From Thermogemmatispora carboxidivorans (GTDB taxonomy: Bacteria > Chloroflexota > Ktedonobacteria > Ktedonobacterales > Ktedonobacteraceae): a stretch of DNA of 64,000 nt. The translations under genes and the position numbers were made by a program. Positions 1-14,714 of the stretch are shown here, piece by piece. Each line of letters opens with the position of its first letter. The stretch's first letter is position 1. The stretch is from the NCBI RefSeq assembly GCF_000702505.1, contig NZ_JNIM01000001.1, forward strand, positions 4,686,327-4,750,326, in the 5' to 3' direction. A model generated the notes under the pieces. It saw only the letters and a list, made by a program, of their open reading frames with translations. It was not told the origin of the DNA and made no database searches.

Positions 1-1984
1 CACTGGTCAAGGAGCGCAGATCATTGACGTAGCCGAACATCTCGGCCAGCGGGACATGGGCTCGCACCACATAGACGGAGCCACGGCTCTCCATGCCGAG
101 GATTACGCCACGGCGACGGTTGAGATCCCCGATGATATCGCCATAGAACTCCTCGGAAGTGGTTACCTCGACCAGCATCACCGGTTCCAGCAAGATGGGG
201 CCGGCCTTGCGCGTCGCCTCTTTAATGGCCAGAGACCCGGCGGTCTTAAAGGCCATCTCACTCGAATCGACCTCATGATAGGAGCCGTCGAAGAGCGTGA
301 CCTTGACATCGATCATGGGGTAGCCGGCGATAATGCCATTCTCCAGCGTCTCCCGGATACCGATCTCGACCGGCTTGATATACTCCTTGGGGATGACGCC
401 ACCGACAATGGCGTTGACAAACTCGAAGCCCTTGCCGGCATTGGGTTCGACGCGAATCCAGACATCGCCGTACTGGCCGCGCCCACCGGTCTGGCGGACA
501 TAGCGACCCTGGGCGGTCGCTTCGCGTGTGATGGTTTCGCGATAGGCCACCTGGGGGCGTCCGATATTGGCCTCAACCTTAAACTCGCGGAAGAGGCGGT
601 CGACGATCACCTCCAGATGCAGCTCACCCATGCCGCGGATAATCGTCTGACCACTTTCGGGATCGGTGCGCACCTGGAAGGTGGGATCTTCCTCAGCGAG
701 CTTACTGAGGGCGATCGTCATCTTATCCTGATCCCCGCGCGTCTTCGGCTCGATGGCAATCTCGATCACCGGCTCCGGGAAGGAGATCGATTCCAGGATC
801 ACCGGGTGCTGCGGATCGCAGAGGGTGTCGCCGGTGAAGGTATTGCGCAGCCCGACGGCAGCACAAATATCGCCGGCGCGGATCTCGTCGATATCTTCGC
901 GATGGTTGGCATGCATGCGCAGCAAGCGACCGATGCGCTCTGCCTTGCCCTTGGCCGTATTTTCGACCGATGAGCCTTTGGTCAGCGTACCGGAATAGAC
1001 GCGCAGATAGGCCAGGCGGCCCACGAAGGGATCGGAGACGATCTTGAAAGCCAGGGCGCTGAACGGGGCATCGTCGGCAACCGTTAGCGTGACCTGTTCA
1101 CCAGTATCGGGATTAACGCCGACGGGAGGAGGAATATCGAGAGGGGAAGGAAGGTAGGCAACCACCGCATCCAGCAAAGCTTGAACACCCTTATTGCGCA
1201 GGGAGGAACCACAAAGTACCGGCACCAGAGTGCCGGCAATTGTTGCTTTGCGGAGGGCAGCCCGGATCTCGTCCTTGGTAATCTCCTCGCCCTCAAGATA
1301 TTTCAGGGTCAACTCCTCGTCGGTCTCGGCGACACGCTCAATGAGCGCATCCCGATGACGCTTTGCCTCTTCTTCCAGACCGGCAGGAATGGGAGTCGGC
1401 TCGGGCCGCGTGCCCAACTCGTCGAGGAAAATGACAGCATGCTGCTCGATAAGATCGATGAAGCCCTTGAAGTCGCTCTCCGCCCCGATCGGCAGTTGGA
1501 TCGGAAGAGGGTTGGCCCCCAGACGGTCACGGATCATCTGAACGGTGCGCCAGAAATCAGCTCCGACGCGATCCATCTTGTTGACAAAGCAGATGCGCGG
1601 GACATTGTACTTGTTGGCCTGGCGCCAGACGGTCTCAGACTGAGGCTCGACGCCGGCGACAGCGTCGAAGATCACAATGCCCCCATCGAGGACGCGCAGC
1701 GAGCGCTCGACCTCGGCAGTAAAGTCGACGTGACCAGGCGTATCGATGATGTTGATGCGATGGTCGAGCCAGAAGCAGGTAGTAGCCGCAGCGGTGATAG
1801 TGATCCCGCGCTCCTGCTCCTGTACCATCCAGTCCATCGTCGCAGCCCCTTCGTGCACCTCACCCATGCGGTGAATCTTCTTTGTGTAGAAGAGGATGCG
1901 CTCGGTCGTTGTCGTTTTTCCCGCGTCAATATGGGCGATGATACCGATATTCCGCGTTCTTTCGAGTGAGTATTCTCTAGACAT
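1..1984 (-). CDS. fusA: Elongation factor G (partial; gene runs off the window start, C-terminus missing)
   Basis: Minus-strand reading from ATG (cat at 1982-1984) gives [34 protein letters not shown]...DTPGHVDF...NKMD..., the EF-G GTPase motifs. It is absent from the ORF track only because it is truncated by the window edge. The listed + ORF 56..973 is its antisense artefact. Confidence 0.93.
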   Translation of the reverse strand, partial: MSREYSLERTRNIGIIAHIDAGKTTTTERILFYTKKIHRMGEVHEGAATMDWMVQEQERGITITAAATTCFWLDHRINIIDTPGHVDFTAEVERSLRVLDGGIVIFDAVAGVEPQSETVWRQANKYNVPRICFVNKMDRVGADFWRTVQMIRDRLGANPLPIQLPIGAESDFKGFIDLIEQHAVIFLDELGTRPEPTPIPAGLEEEAKRHRDALIERVAETDEELTLKYLEGEEITKDEIRAALRKATIAGTLVPVLCGSSLRNKGVQALLDAVVAYLPSPLDIPPPVGVNPDTGEQVTLTVADDAPFSALAFKIVSDPFVGRLAYLRVYSGTLTKGSSVENTAKGKAERIGRLLRMHANHREDIDEIRAGDICAAVGLRNTFTGDTLCDPQHPVILESISFPEPVIEIAIEPKTRGDQDKMTIALSKLAEEDPTFQVRTDPESGQTIIRGMGELHLEVIVDRLFREFKVEANIGRPQVAYRETITREATAQGRYVRQTGGRGQYGDVWIRVEPNAGKGFEFVNAIVGGVIPKEYIKPVEIGIRETLENGIIAGYPMIDVKVTLFDGSYHEVDSSEMAFKTAGSLAIKEATRKAGPILLEPVMLVEVTTSEEFYGDIIGDLNRRRGVILGMESRGSVYVVRAHVPLAEMFGYVNDLRSLTS

Positions 1985-1993
1985 GATTAAGTA

Positions 1994-2527
1994 TTACCAG
2001 CGATAATGGATGAAAGCCTTGTTGGACTCTGCCATCCTGTGGGTTTCCTCCCGTTTCTTGATGGTCGCACCCTGTCCAGAGGCAGCGTCCATGATCTCGT
2101 TGGCCAGCTTCTCCACCATGCTCTTGCCGGTGCGAGCGCGAGCAGAGCGGATGAGCCAGCGCATGGCGAGGGAGAGGCCGCGCTCTTTGCGAACATCGAC
2201 GGGCACCTGATAGGTCGAGCCTCCGACACGGCGGGGCTTGACCTCGACCGTCGGCGTGGCGTTTCTGATGGCCTGCTCGAAGACCTCCAGGGCTGGACGC
2301 TTCTGTCGCTGCTCGATTACGGCGAAAGCCTGATAGAGGATGCGCTCGGCCAGGCTCTTCTTGCCATCGACCATCAGCTTCCCGATGAAGCTCGCGACGT
2401 TGCGGTTCTGATACTTGGGGTCCACAACTTCGAGCCGGCGCACTCCACGCCGATACTCGTACTTCTTGGTTTCCTTGCTATGCTTGTCCGACTCTGACCG
2501 ACGGCTAACACGTTTGCGTCTTGGCAA
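1994..2527 (-). CDS. rpsG: 30S ribosomal protein S7
   Basis: ORF 1994..2641 contains ...[33 protein letters not shown]...[21 protein letters not shown]...[13 protein letters not shown], the S7 hallmark C-terminus. The likely TTG start (revcomp of caa 2525-2527) is preceded by AGGGAGG. The N-terminus carries a ~20-aa lineage-specific insertion after PRRK. Confidence 0.9.
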   Translation of the reverse strand: MPRRKRVSRRSESDKHSKETKKYEYRRGVRRLEVVDPKYQNRNVASFIGKLMVDGKKSLAERILYQAFAVIEQRQKRPALEVFEQAIRNATPTVEVKPRRVGGSTYQVPVDVRKERGLSLAMRWLIRSARARTGKSMVEKLANEIMDAASGQGATIKKREETHRMAESNKAFIHYRW

Positions 2528-4000
2528 GGTCTCTTTTCCTCCCTTTCGCTTCGCGGTCAACACACATGCTCGCCGCCGCTCCTGCTGCCGGCCTGGGCCG
2601 ACAAGCGTGGCCGCAGTCCGCTTACGCGCGCAGACGAGCATCTACGCTACGCTACGTACGTACGTATGATACCTGCCTTGTGCAAAGCACCAGAAAAGGC
2701 GTCGCTTCGATTGTAGCTGACACCTGGGTCTACAACAAACAATACTGGTTGTCCTACCTGGCCGCGCTCCCTCTCGCCAGACCTGCTGGTCGCAGCGGAC
2801 AGAAGGGTCAACGCGAGCTTCTGGGAGGCTGCCGAGGCCGCCATCCCGGAGGTAGGGCACCCACCTATCGCGTTAGAGGAATGCGCTTCTGCTTCTGCTG
2901 CTCGTCGATGAGAACGGAAGCTACAATCGGATACGAACGCCTACAGCATCAGCAACGACGGTCGCCGCACCAGATCGCTGGCCACCTCACGCGCTCACGG
3001 CATCGCCTCATCCCGACCTCAATCAACTGAGCGCGGCGCAGGTCCTTTTCCACCTGTTCAGGTAGGGCCGCAGATCTGCTGCCACGAACGTCGCTTGTTT
3101 TCCTCGCTGGCCGCTCTGCTCTTCCGTTGCTCTCCTCCCTGGTACCAGCCAGACGAGTGGTCCGCTTAGACCTCTCTACCGCTCTCTTGTTCGCTCGCTC
3201 TCGTCAGCCAGCGCTCTTGCAGGGTACGGTAAGCGTTTTCATCCTCGCTCGCCACCGCGGCTGGCCAGACGTCAGCGCAAGGCGAGCTAGCTAGCCCGGT
3301 GCTGCAGAGAGAGCGCCTCTCGCTTTTCCCTTCCAGCTCCAGCGGCTCCACTTGCCAGGGCAGAGGCAGGCAAGCAACGCAACGGACTGGAGCCACCGGT
3401 GCGCTCTGCCTCTCCATGCGCTTGCGCGTCTTCGTGCAGGTATTGTACTGTTCGACTCGACGCTCTGGCCCAGCCCCATCCGCCGACCCGCCCGGGGTTA
3501 GGCGCTAGCAGTTTTCTTTTCCAACCTTCACTTCACCACAGGCTGCAGCGAGGATTGCCTTGCATGTTTGCCTTGTTGGCTGGCTTGAGAGATGAAACCA
3601 GGCCAGGAGTGGTAGCCAGCCAGTCAAGCCAGTCAGTGATCAGTCACACGACGGCGACCACGGCATCGCCGTCTTCGCGCTGGCCCGCTTCTCCTGCGGC
3701 GACGCGAGTGCGTGGCGCAGGCGAGCGAGCAGACAAACAAACGAGCGTCTCTTTCCACGTGACACGCCAGAGCGAGCGCACATTTTTTTGTTGCCTGCCT
3801 GGCAGAGGGACAGACGTGGAGGACACTCGACACGCATCGACCGTGAAGAACGCCGATGTGTGTGATCGAAAGTGATGCACGACCTGTAAACCGACCTACC
3901 TGAACGCTCTCAGGCGGTATCGGGCAGGGAAGCGGGGAATGTGGCGGGTCGGATGGCTATGCTTCTGGCATGCTTCTGCGCTTCAGCAGCCGCCCACGCG

Positions 4001-4459
4001 CTACTTCTTACCACCCCTGGCGGCTGAAGTGGCCGCCGCCTGCCCAGGCTTGGGCCGTTTGGCTCCATACTTTGAGCGACCGCGGCGACGCTTAGCAACT
4101 CCATCGCTATCGAGCGTACCGCGGATGATATGGTAGCGCACACTGGGCAGATCCTTAACGCGCCCACCGCGGATCAAGACCACCGAGTGCTCCTGGAGGT
4201 TATGGCCCTCGCCGGGGATATAGGCCGTGACCTCCATCAAGTTACTCAAGCGCACGCGCGCGATCTTGCGCATGGCTGAGTTGGGCTTCTTGGGCGTCAT
4301 GGTACGGATCTGCGTACACACGCCGCGCTTCTGCGGCGCGCCCTGCATGCGCATGACACGGTTCTTCAGCGCGTTGTAGGAATACAACAGCGCTGGAGCC
4401 TTCGAGCGTCTGACCTTCTTGGAACGGCCCTTTCGGACCAGCTGATTGATCGTTGGCAA
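4001..4459 (-). CDS. rpsL: 30S ribosomal protein S12 (with ~15-aa C-terminal extension)
   Basis: [12 protein letters not shown]...[18 protein letters not shown]...[31 protein letters not shown] matches S12 throughout. The extra [15 protein letters not shown] tail is atypical. Confidence 0.95.
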   Translation of the reverse strand: MPTINQLVRKGRSKKVRRSKAPALLYSYNALKNRVMRMQGAPQKRGVCTQIRTMTPKKPNSAMRKIARVRLSNLMEVTAYIPGEGHNLQEHSVVLIRGGRVKDLPSVRYHIIRGTLDSDGVAKRRRGRSKYGAKRPKPGQAAATSAARGGKK

Positions 4460-4541
4460 CGAGCAATCCTCCCCTAACTGTCCTCTAAAGGGGCGCGCTG
4501 ATGCGCGCCCCTTCTCAATCTATGCGCGGTTGTATATGGTA

Positions 4542-7500
4542 TCACTCATCACTCAGGCTGTCAAGAGCCATGCCGGGGGTACCGCTGCTGTGGCCGTTGC
4601 TGCCAGAGCTTCCACCCAGGCCAGCCCCCACGCCGGCCACGCTGGGCGCGCCCGTCAGGCGTTGCTGGACCTGTTGCTGGCGCGCTAGCTGTTCGCGGCG
4701 TCGCTGCAAGAAGCCGGAGCCAGCCGGAATGAGCTTGCCGATGATGACGTTCTCCTTGAGACCCACCAGGTGATCGGTCTGGCCCTGAATGGCCGCCTCG
4801 GTCAGGACGCGCGTGGTCTCCTGGAACGAGGCTGCTGCCAGGAAGCTGTCGGTGTTGAGCGAGGCCTTGGTGACGCCCAGGAGGACGGTCTGGGCGCGGG
4901 CCGGCTCGCCGCCCTCGGCCAGGACGCGCGCGTTGGTCTCAGCAAAGGCGAAGCGGTCGATCAGGTCGTTGGGCAGCATGTCGGTATCGCCTGGTTCCTC
5001 GACGCGCACGCGGCGCAACATCTGCCGGATGATGATCTCGATGTGCTTATCGTTGATGCGCACACCGGTGTTGCGGTAGATGCGCTGGACCTCTTTGACA
5101 AGGTACATCTGGACCGCTTCGCGCCCGAGGATGCGCAGGACATCCTGCGGGTCGAGATGGCCGCTGGTGATGGGCGTCCCGGCTTTGATGTACTGCCCCT
5201 GAGCGACGGCCAGGCTGCGGGCCGCTGGTACCGGATAGCTGCGCTCGTCGCGCTCCTCGGAGCGGATGGTCAGCACCCCGTTCGCGTTGAAGAGGACTTC
5301 GCCGCTGGTACGGGCACGCACTTCGCGCGGCTCGCTGCCGTTCTGCGGCGGCTCCAGGGCCAGCAGCTGATCCTTCTGGACCCGCTCGTGCTCGCTGACG
5401 AGGATCTCGGCCCCCGGCGGCAGGCGGTACTCGTCGAAGATGGTGTTGGTCGAGACGACGCGCACGGTGCGGCTGCCCGTGTTTTCGTCTTTGATGATCT
5501 CGACGACGCCATCGATCTCACTGATCTCCGCCTTATCTTTGGGGACGCGCGCCTCGAACAGCTCTTCGATGCGCGGTAGACCCTGGGTGATGTCGCCCTG
5601 GGCACCAGCGATACCGCCAGTGTGGAAGGTACGCATGGTCAGCTGCGTGCCCGGCTCGCCGATGGACTGGGCGGCGATGATGCCAACGGCCTGGCCCAGG
5701 CGCACCAGGCTGTTCTCCGCCAGGTCGCGGCCATAGCACTTGCGGCAGACGCCGCGGCGGGTCTGGCAGCCTAGCACGGAGCGGACGCGCACCTGCTTGA
5801 CGCCCGCCGCCACCAGGGCATCGGCAATGTCCTCGGTGATTTCGTCGCCGACCTCGATGAGGTGCTCGAAGCCAGGGATGGGCTCCAGCAGGATGCGCCC
5901 GGTGATGCGCTGGCGGATGTCGGGCAGCATCATCTCCTTGCTGTCCTCATCGGTGATGAGGATGCCTTCGGTGGTCTGACAATCCTCTTCGGTGACGATG
6001 ACGTCCTGGGCCACGTCGATCAGGCGCCGCGTCAGATAGCCCGACTCGGCGGTACGCAGTGCGGTGTCGGCCAGTCCTTTGCGCGCTCCGTGGCTGCTGA
6101 TAAAGTACTCGAGCACGCTCAGCCCTTCGCGGAAGTTGCCCCGAATGGGCACGTCGATGATCTTACCGGATGGGCTGGCCATCAGACCACGCATACCGGA
6201 GAGCTGACGGATCTGCTGGAAGCGGGCCTTGGTGGCGCCAGACTTGGCGATGGTGAAGATGGCACCGTAGGGGTCTAGCGTCTGCTCGACCATCTTGGTG
6301 ATGTTCTCGGTGACTTCGTTCCAGATGTCGATGGTCTGCTGGTATTTCTCGAAGTCGGTGATGAGACCCTCACGGTACTGCTCATCCAAAGCGGCGATCT
6401 TGGCGTCGGCTTTGGCCAGCTCCTCGGCTTTGCCTTCCGGTACCTTGATGTCACTGACGGCAATGGTAGCGCCAGCCTTGGTGGCGTAGGAGAAGCCGAG
6501 ACGCTTGATCTCGTCCGCCAGCTCGCAGGTCTTGACGCGCCCATACTCCTTGTAGCACTCGGAGATCAGCGCGCGCAGGTCATCCTTCCTCATCGGGTAG
6601 TTCTTGAAGCGCATGCGCTCGGGCAGCGATTCGTTGAAGATGATGCGCCCGACGGTGGTGGTAATGAGCTGGCGCTGCGCATACATGGTCGGCCCCGCCG
6701 GCGGCGGCTCATCGAAGATTTGCACACCATCCATGCGCACTTTGATGAGAGCCTGCAGGTCGATGACGCCGTGATGGTAGGCCAGCAGGGCCTCGGTCGG
6801 GTCGGTGAAGACGCGCCCCTCGCCCTTCTTGCCCGGACGATCCTGCGTCAGGTAGAAGCAGCCAAGAACCATGTCACCGGTGGCCCCAATGGATGGCTCG
6901 CCAGTGGCTGGCAGCAGCAGGTTGCGCGTGGACATCATGTACTGCCGCGCTTCGTCCTGGGCTTTCTCGGACAGCGGGACGTGGACGGCCATCTGGTCAC
7001 CATCGAAGTCGGCGTTGAAGGCCGAGCAGACCAGCGGATGCAATTGGATGGCGCTGCCTTCGACGAGCACGGCCTCGAAGGCTTGCAAGCCCAAACGGTG
7101 CAGGGTCGGCGCACGGTTGAGCAGGACGGGATGGTCCTTGATGACTTCCTCTAGAACATCCCAGACTTCGGGCCGGACACGCTCGACGAAACGCTTGGCG
7201 CTCTTGATGTTGTGCGCATCTCCACGCTCGACGAGCTTGCGCATGACGAAGGGCTTGAATAGCTCGAGCGCCATGCGCTTGGGCAGGCCACACTGGTGCA
7301 GCTTCAGCTCAGGGCCGACAACGATCACCGAGCGGCCAGAGTAGTCGACGCGCTTACCGAGCAGGTTCTGACGGAAACGGCCCTGCTTCCCCTTGAGCAT
7401 GTCAGAGAGGCTCTTGAGCTTGTGGTTACCCGAGCCAGCGACCGCTCGACCGCGGCGCCCGTTGTCGATGAGGGCATCGCAGGCCTCCTGCAGCATGCGC

Positions 7501-8888
7501 TTTTCGTTGCGAATGATGATCTCCGGCGCGCTCAGCTCCAGCAGCCTCTTGAGACGATTGTTGCGGTTGATGACGCGGCGATAGAGGTCGTTGAGGTCCG
7601 AGGTGGCGAAGCGCCCGCCGTCAAGCTGGACCATTGGACGCAGCTCGGGCGGCAGCACTGGCAGCACCGTCAGGATCATCCACTCGGGACGGTTGCCCGA
7701 CTTGCGGAAGGCTTCTACGACCTTGAGGCGCTTGGTGGCCTTCTTGCGCCGCTGGCCAATGGTCGAGCTGATTTCCTGACGCAGCTCCATCGCCAGTTTG
7801 TCGAGATCAATATCGGCGATTAGTTCGCGCACAGCCTCGGCACCCATGCCGGCGCGGAAGACGCTGCCGAAGGCCTCCTTCAGCTCGCGATAGCGATTCT
7901 CCTGGAGCAGGTCCATCTTTTTGAGGTTGACCAGGTCGCGGCGCAGCTGCTCCAGGCGATGGCGGCGGTCGGTGCGCTGCGATTCGAGCTGCGACTGCAA
8001 GAGGTCGATCTGGCCCTGGTAGTCAAGGTTGAGGCGCTCGGCCTCGCGCTCGCTCTCGGCGCGTACGGCCTCCAGGGCATGGCGGGCCTGCTCAGCAATA
8101 TCGTTGCGGCAGGTCTCGGCTACTTGCTCCAGCAGCTCGATATGCTTGAGGGTGACGACCTCGCCACGCGAGACGATGATCTGACCGGTCGGCTCGTAGA
8201 CGATATCGTCTTCCGCCGGCTTGCCACGCTGGGTGCGCAGCTCAGCCAGGGTCTCGCTCTCGGCCTGGCGAGCCCGTTCTAGATCACGCTCGCGCTCCTC
8301 TTGAATCTGGCGGATGCGGGCCGCCAGGCGGGCGCGCTCGTCCTGAATCTCGCTGTCGCGCTGCTCTTTGAGACTGTCGACGCGCTCGACAACCTCTTCC
8401 TCGGTCGTCTGCTGAAGATTGGCTAGCTCGCGATCCAGCTCCATCAGGGCCTTCTGGCGCGCTTCTTCGTCGATGTGGGTGACCACGTAGAGCGCAAAGT
8501 AGAGGATGCGCTCCAGGTTGCGCGGCGACAGATCGAGCAAGAGGCCAATGCGGCTGGGAATGCCCTTAAAGTACCAGATATGGCTGACCGGCGAAGCCAG
8601 CTCGATATGGCCCATGCGCTCGCGGCGCACCTTTGAGCGCGCGACCTCGACGCCACATTTATCGCAGACGATGCCCTTGAAACGGACGCGCTTGTATTTG
8701 CCACAATAGCACTCCCAGTCCTTGGTGGGGCCGAAGATACGCTCACAGAAGAGACCGTCCTTCTCTGGCCTGAGAGTGCGGTAATTGATGGTCTCCGGTT
8801 TCGTGACCTCGCCGTAGCTCCAGCTGCGAATCTGCTCGGGACTGGCGAGACTGATACGAATTGCGTTGAAATCGTTGACTTCGAGCAT
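4542..8888 (-). CDS. rpoC: DNA-directed RNA polymerase subunit beta-prime
   Basis: 1448 aa with N-terminal Zn-finger [23 protein letters not shown], the catalytic [12 protein letters not shown] motif, bridge helix and trigger-loop regions. A ~190-aa coiled-coil insertion follows the Zn finger, and the C-terminus has a Gly/Ser-rich tail. Confidence 0.97.
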   Translation of the reverse strand: MLEVNDFNAIRISLASPEQIRSWSYGEVTKPETINYRTLRPEKDGLFCERIFGPTKDWECYCGKYKRVRFKGIVCDKCGVEVARSKVRRERMGHIELASPVSHIWYFKGIPSRIGLLLDLSPRNLERILYFALYVVTHIDEEARQKALMELDRELANLQQTTEEEVVERVDSLKEQRDSEIQDERARLAARIRQIQEERERDLERARQAESETLAELRTQRGKPAEDDIVYEPTGQIIVSRGEVVTLKHIELLEQVAETCRNDIAEQARHALEAVRAESEREAERLNLDYQGQIDLLQSQLESQRTDRRHRLEQLRRDLVNLKKMDLLQENRYRELKEAFGSVFRAGMGAEAVRELIADIDLDKLAMELRQEISSTIGQRRKKATKRLKVVEAFRKSGNRPEWMILTVLPVLPPELRPMVQLDGGRFATSDLNDLYRRVINRNNRLKRLLELSAPEIIIRNEKRMLQEACDALIDNGRRGRAVAGSGNHKLKSLSDMLKGKQGRFRQNLLGKRVDYSGRSVIVVGPELKLHQCGLPKRMALELFKPFVMRKLVERGDAHNIKSAKRFVERVRPEVWDVLEEVIKDHPVLLNRAPTLHRLGLQAFEAVLVEGSAIQLHPLVCSAFNADFDGDQMAVHVPLSEKAQDEARQYMMSTRNLLLPATGEPSIGATGDMVLGCFYLTQDRPGKKGEGRVFTDPTEALLAYHHGVIDLQALIKVRMDGVQIFDEPPPAGPTMYAQRQLITTTVGRIIFNESLPERMRFKNYPMRKDDLRALISECYKEYGRVKTCELADEIKRLGFSYATKAGATIAVSDIKVPEGKAEELAKADAKIAALDEQYREGLITDFEKYQQTIDIWNEVTENITKMVEQTLDPYGAIFTIAKSGATKARFQQIRQLSGMRGLMASPSGKIIDVPIRGNFREGLSVLEYFISSHGARKGLADTALRTAESGYLTRRLIDVAQDVIVTEEDCQTTEGILITDEDSKEMMLPDIRQRITGRILLEPIPGFEHLIEVGDEITEDIADALVAAGVKQVRVRSVLGCQTRRGVCRKCYGRDLAENSLVRLGQAVGIIAAQSIGEPGTQLTMRTFHTGGIAGAQGDITQGLPRIEELFEARVPKDKAEISEIDGVVEIIKDENTGSRTVRVVSTNTIFDEYRLPPGAEILVSEHERVQKDQLLALEPPQNGSEPREVRARTSGEVLFNANGVLTIRSEERDERSYPVPAARSLAVAQGQYIKAGTPITSGHLDPQDVLRILGREAVQMYLVKEVQRIYRNTGVRINDKHIEIIIRQMLRRVRVEEPGDTDMLPNDLIDRFAFAETNARVLAEGGEPARAQTVLLGVTKASLNTDSFLAAASFQETTRVLTEAAIQGQTDHLVGLKENVIIGKLIPAGSGFLQRRREQLARQQQVQQRLTGAPSVAGVGAGLGGSSGSNGHSSGTPGMALDSLSDE

Positions 8889-9292
8889 GCTGCCTCCTGA
8901 TGGGAAAGGGGAAGGCCCCGGCCATCTCCTCGACGCGCTCTTGTTGTCTCTTCTCCTACCACTATTTTGCCGGCCTTGCCTTAGTGCGGGCTGCTCCGTC
9001 CGTCTTCTGCCGCTCTGGTTACTCCGCTCATCTCACTCACTTCACCCCGGTAGTTGACTCAGCCAGCTCTCTGGCCTGGAATGGAACCTGCCTTGTCTGA
9101 CCTGGACGTGGGCGCTGATGACAGGCAGGCACCAGCCAACTGGCAAGCAGCACTGAATATGCTGGTTCAGGCTTGCCGGCCAGAGAGCGAGCCGACAACG
9201 GCACAGCCCAAGACGGCAGGGGAACCGGAGGGAGTACTGCGACCGCTCGCCGTGCCGGTTGATTGATGGCACGGGCACCTTCTCCGGTTCCC

Positions 9293-12790
<3,498 letters not shown>

Positions 12791-13122
12791 GTGTGATATT
12801 CTCCTCTCACTAGAGCTTCACGGAGGAAAACCTTCCTTGCGCGACAGACGGCCTCTCCTTACGTAGCCCAGCTTCCTGTCTTGCCCATGCAGACAGACCA
12901 AAGCAAGCCAGGCGGTTGCTGCTGTTGGTTCGTCAGGCTACAATGGGAAAGGCAGTTACCAGGGAGGGCCTATCTGCCCGCCAGGTCACATCTGCGTCTG
13001 CTGTCGTGAAGGGAAAGTTGTCCCGAGAGGCGCCTCGGCGCACCTCTCCGGAGGATCGTGAAATCGATGATTGCTGCTGTTGTTTACGGTTGCTGATAAT
13101 TCCTGTGCCGGGAGCATTGCAT

Positions 13123-13165
13123 GACAAGAAAAGTAACCGCTTCGTGCTCCCACAAGCGGTTACTC
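13123..13165 (-). terminator. Hairpin (11-bp stem AGTAACCGCTT/AAGCGGTTACT, 12-nt loop) followed on the minus strand by TTTCTTGTC; candidate intrinsic terminator/attenuator in the rpoB upstream region
   Basis: Perfect inverted repeat read directly at 13132-13142 / 13155-13165. A T-rich tract follows on the minus strand. It lies between the upstream membrane-protein gene and rpoB. Confidence 0.35.
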
Positions 13166-13480
13166 GGAATTGCGTTGTCGTCTTCGTCGTCGTTCAGTTG
13201 GTTGCTGAATCACCCACATGCACGGCCCTACACACTGACTCAGAGAAAAAAACATGCTGTGTGCCGACCCTTTCCGGCCAGGGTTGCACCCAGTCACTCC
13301 TTGTCAATTGGCAATTTGAAAGTATATCCCCTACCGACGACTTTGTCAAGTCCCCCAAAGGGGGAATTTTTTGACGACCCCAATTTTCCCCTCCCCCCTC
13401 CAGCTCCCAAGCTCCGCCTGATCCAGGCACCAGCTCAGCGAGTGGCGAGCCAGGACGCTCGGGCCGGGCGGAGCTGAAGC

Positions 13481-14452
13481 TCAGGCGGAAAGGGCCAGCT
13501 GCTTTTGATGCTGGACCTCGGCGAGGGCCGCCTCGATCTCCTCGCCCAGAGCTGGATTCCAGGGCCGATCGGCGTCGATCCAGCGTTTGCGCAACAAGGC
13601 CAGCAGGCGCTGCTGGTCGGCACTGGAGAGCAGCTGTAGCTCTAGCAGGGACTCCGGCTCGCCAGGTGAGAGAATAGAGAGCATGAAGTCATGAATCCAG
13701 AGTGATGTATGGCTATCGAGCCGGTAGGTCCGCGGCGCCGCCATCTGCCGGCCCAGCGAGCAGCAACTGACCAGAATGCAAGCCAGCAGCCCTAGCATGC
13801 CGACACTCAGCGCCAGCCCGGGCAGGCTAAGCAGCAGGAGCAGACCAGTGCCAAGGGTTGCCAGGACGGGATCAGCCCAGCTCTGCACCCAACCCAACAG
13901 GACTAGCGGGATCAGGCCCCCCAGCACTGCCAGAAAGCAGAGCAAGGTGGTGCCAATCATCCAGAAGATACTGCCCAGATTCTTATGCGACAGATCGCGC
14001 ACTGTCAGGCTCTGGTCCTCAATGAGCAGCATTTCTCGGCGGTAGCCCATTTGTAGAGCATAGAGATAGCGCAGACTCATGAGGCAGCCAGCCAAAGCGC
14101 TCAGGACGAGATAGGCCAGCAGGGCCAGGAGGACATCCTGCCACTTCAGATAGGGCGTGAAGGCATGTCCGTAGCTTCCCCAGAGCCAGCGTCCCACTCC
14201 TAGCAGTCCCACTGCCGTCAGCAGGAAGGCTGTCGCTGTCAAGAGGGCCAGCAGGCTGTTGCGCACATAGGCGGAGCGCTTCAGATGAAAGCGTTGGACC
14301 TCTGTCCCGCTTTGGTGCTGTGTGATTGTGGACATCGCGCGTACCATCCCTCCCCATGTGCAGCAAAAAACATCTCGGCTGGCCAGCGTCATCAGGTCTG
14401 CTGCCAGGCCGGCGCGCCTTGCTTGGATTGGGAGAAGAGAAAGGCAAGGCAC
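13481..14452 (-). CDS. Hypothetical polytopic membrane protein (true start probably internal to the ORF)
   Basis: 323-aa ORF with several hydrophobic segments (LLALLTATAFLLTAVGLLGV, LLALLAYLVLSALAGCL, LLCFLAVLGGLIPLVLLGW, LLLLLSLPGLALSVGMLGLLACILV). No recognisable catalytic motif. Confidence 0.5.
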   Translation of the reverse strand: MPCLSLLPIQARRAGLAADLMTLASRDVFCCTWGGMVRAMSTITQHQSGTEVQRFHLKRSAYVRNSLLALLTATAFLLTAVGLLGVGRWLWGSYGHAFTPYLKWQDVLLALLAYLVLSALAGCLMSLRYLYALQMGYRREMLLIEDQSLTVRDLSHKNLGSIFWMIGTTLLCFLAVLGGLIPLVLLGWVQSWADPVLATLGTGLLLLLSLPGLALSVGMLGLLACILVSCCSLGRQMAAPRTYRLDSHTSLWIHDFMLSILSPGEPESLLELQLLSSADQQRLLALLRKRWIDADRPWNPALGEEIEAALAEVQHQKQLALSA

Positions 14453-14714
14453 CGCGACCGGCTACGGCTTGTTCGTTGAGTGACGTTGAGTCGCGCTGGT
14501 ACTCCCTGGCATTTGCCCTGGAGGCTGGTCACAGCCGCTATGATTTAAGACGAATCAGGGGGGACTTCGGTCTCATGAGCAGGCAGCGGACAGAGCTGAT
14601 CGCCAGCGATCTTGTTGCATCCGCTTTGCTGAGACTGACTCACTCTGTGTCATACCCAACCAGTACCGCTCACAGGCCAGTCAGGGTGTACCACGAGGTC
14701 GGAGGGCGGTGATC

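Noticed and set aside
56-973. 305-aa + strand ORF at the window start
   Set aside because: It lies entirely antisense to the partial fusA gene, whose EF-G motifs are unambiguous on the minus strand. This is a typical high-GC antisense artefact.
2630-2670. CTACGCTACGCTACGTACGTACGTATG short tandem repeat; CRISPR-like array check
   Set aside because: Simple microsatellite-like tract only. No window-wide series of 24-40-bp direct repeats with unique spacers was seen, and no cas genes are present.
2521-3030. 169-aa + strand ORF inside the rpsL-rpsG spacer
   Set aside because: Wrong strand for the operon, no RBS, and an Arg/Ser/Ala-rich composition typical of GC artefacts. The region is kept as a non-coding anomaly (see findings).
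3300-3900. RNase P RNA / tmRNA / SRP RNA in the rpsL-rpsG spacer
   Set aside because: Hallmark conserved blocks of these RNAs (e.g. GGAAAGTCCGGGCTCC / AGGGTGAAA for RNase P, GGGGCTGATTCTGGATTCGACGGG for tmRNA) were not found by eye on either strand. This cannot be excluded without a covariance-model search.
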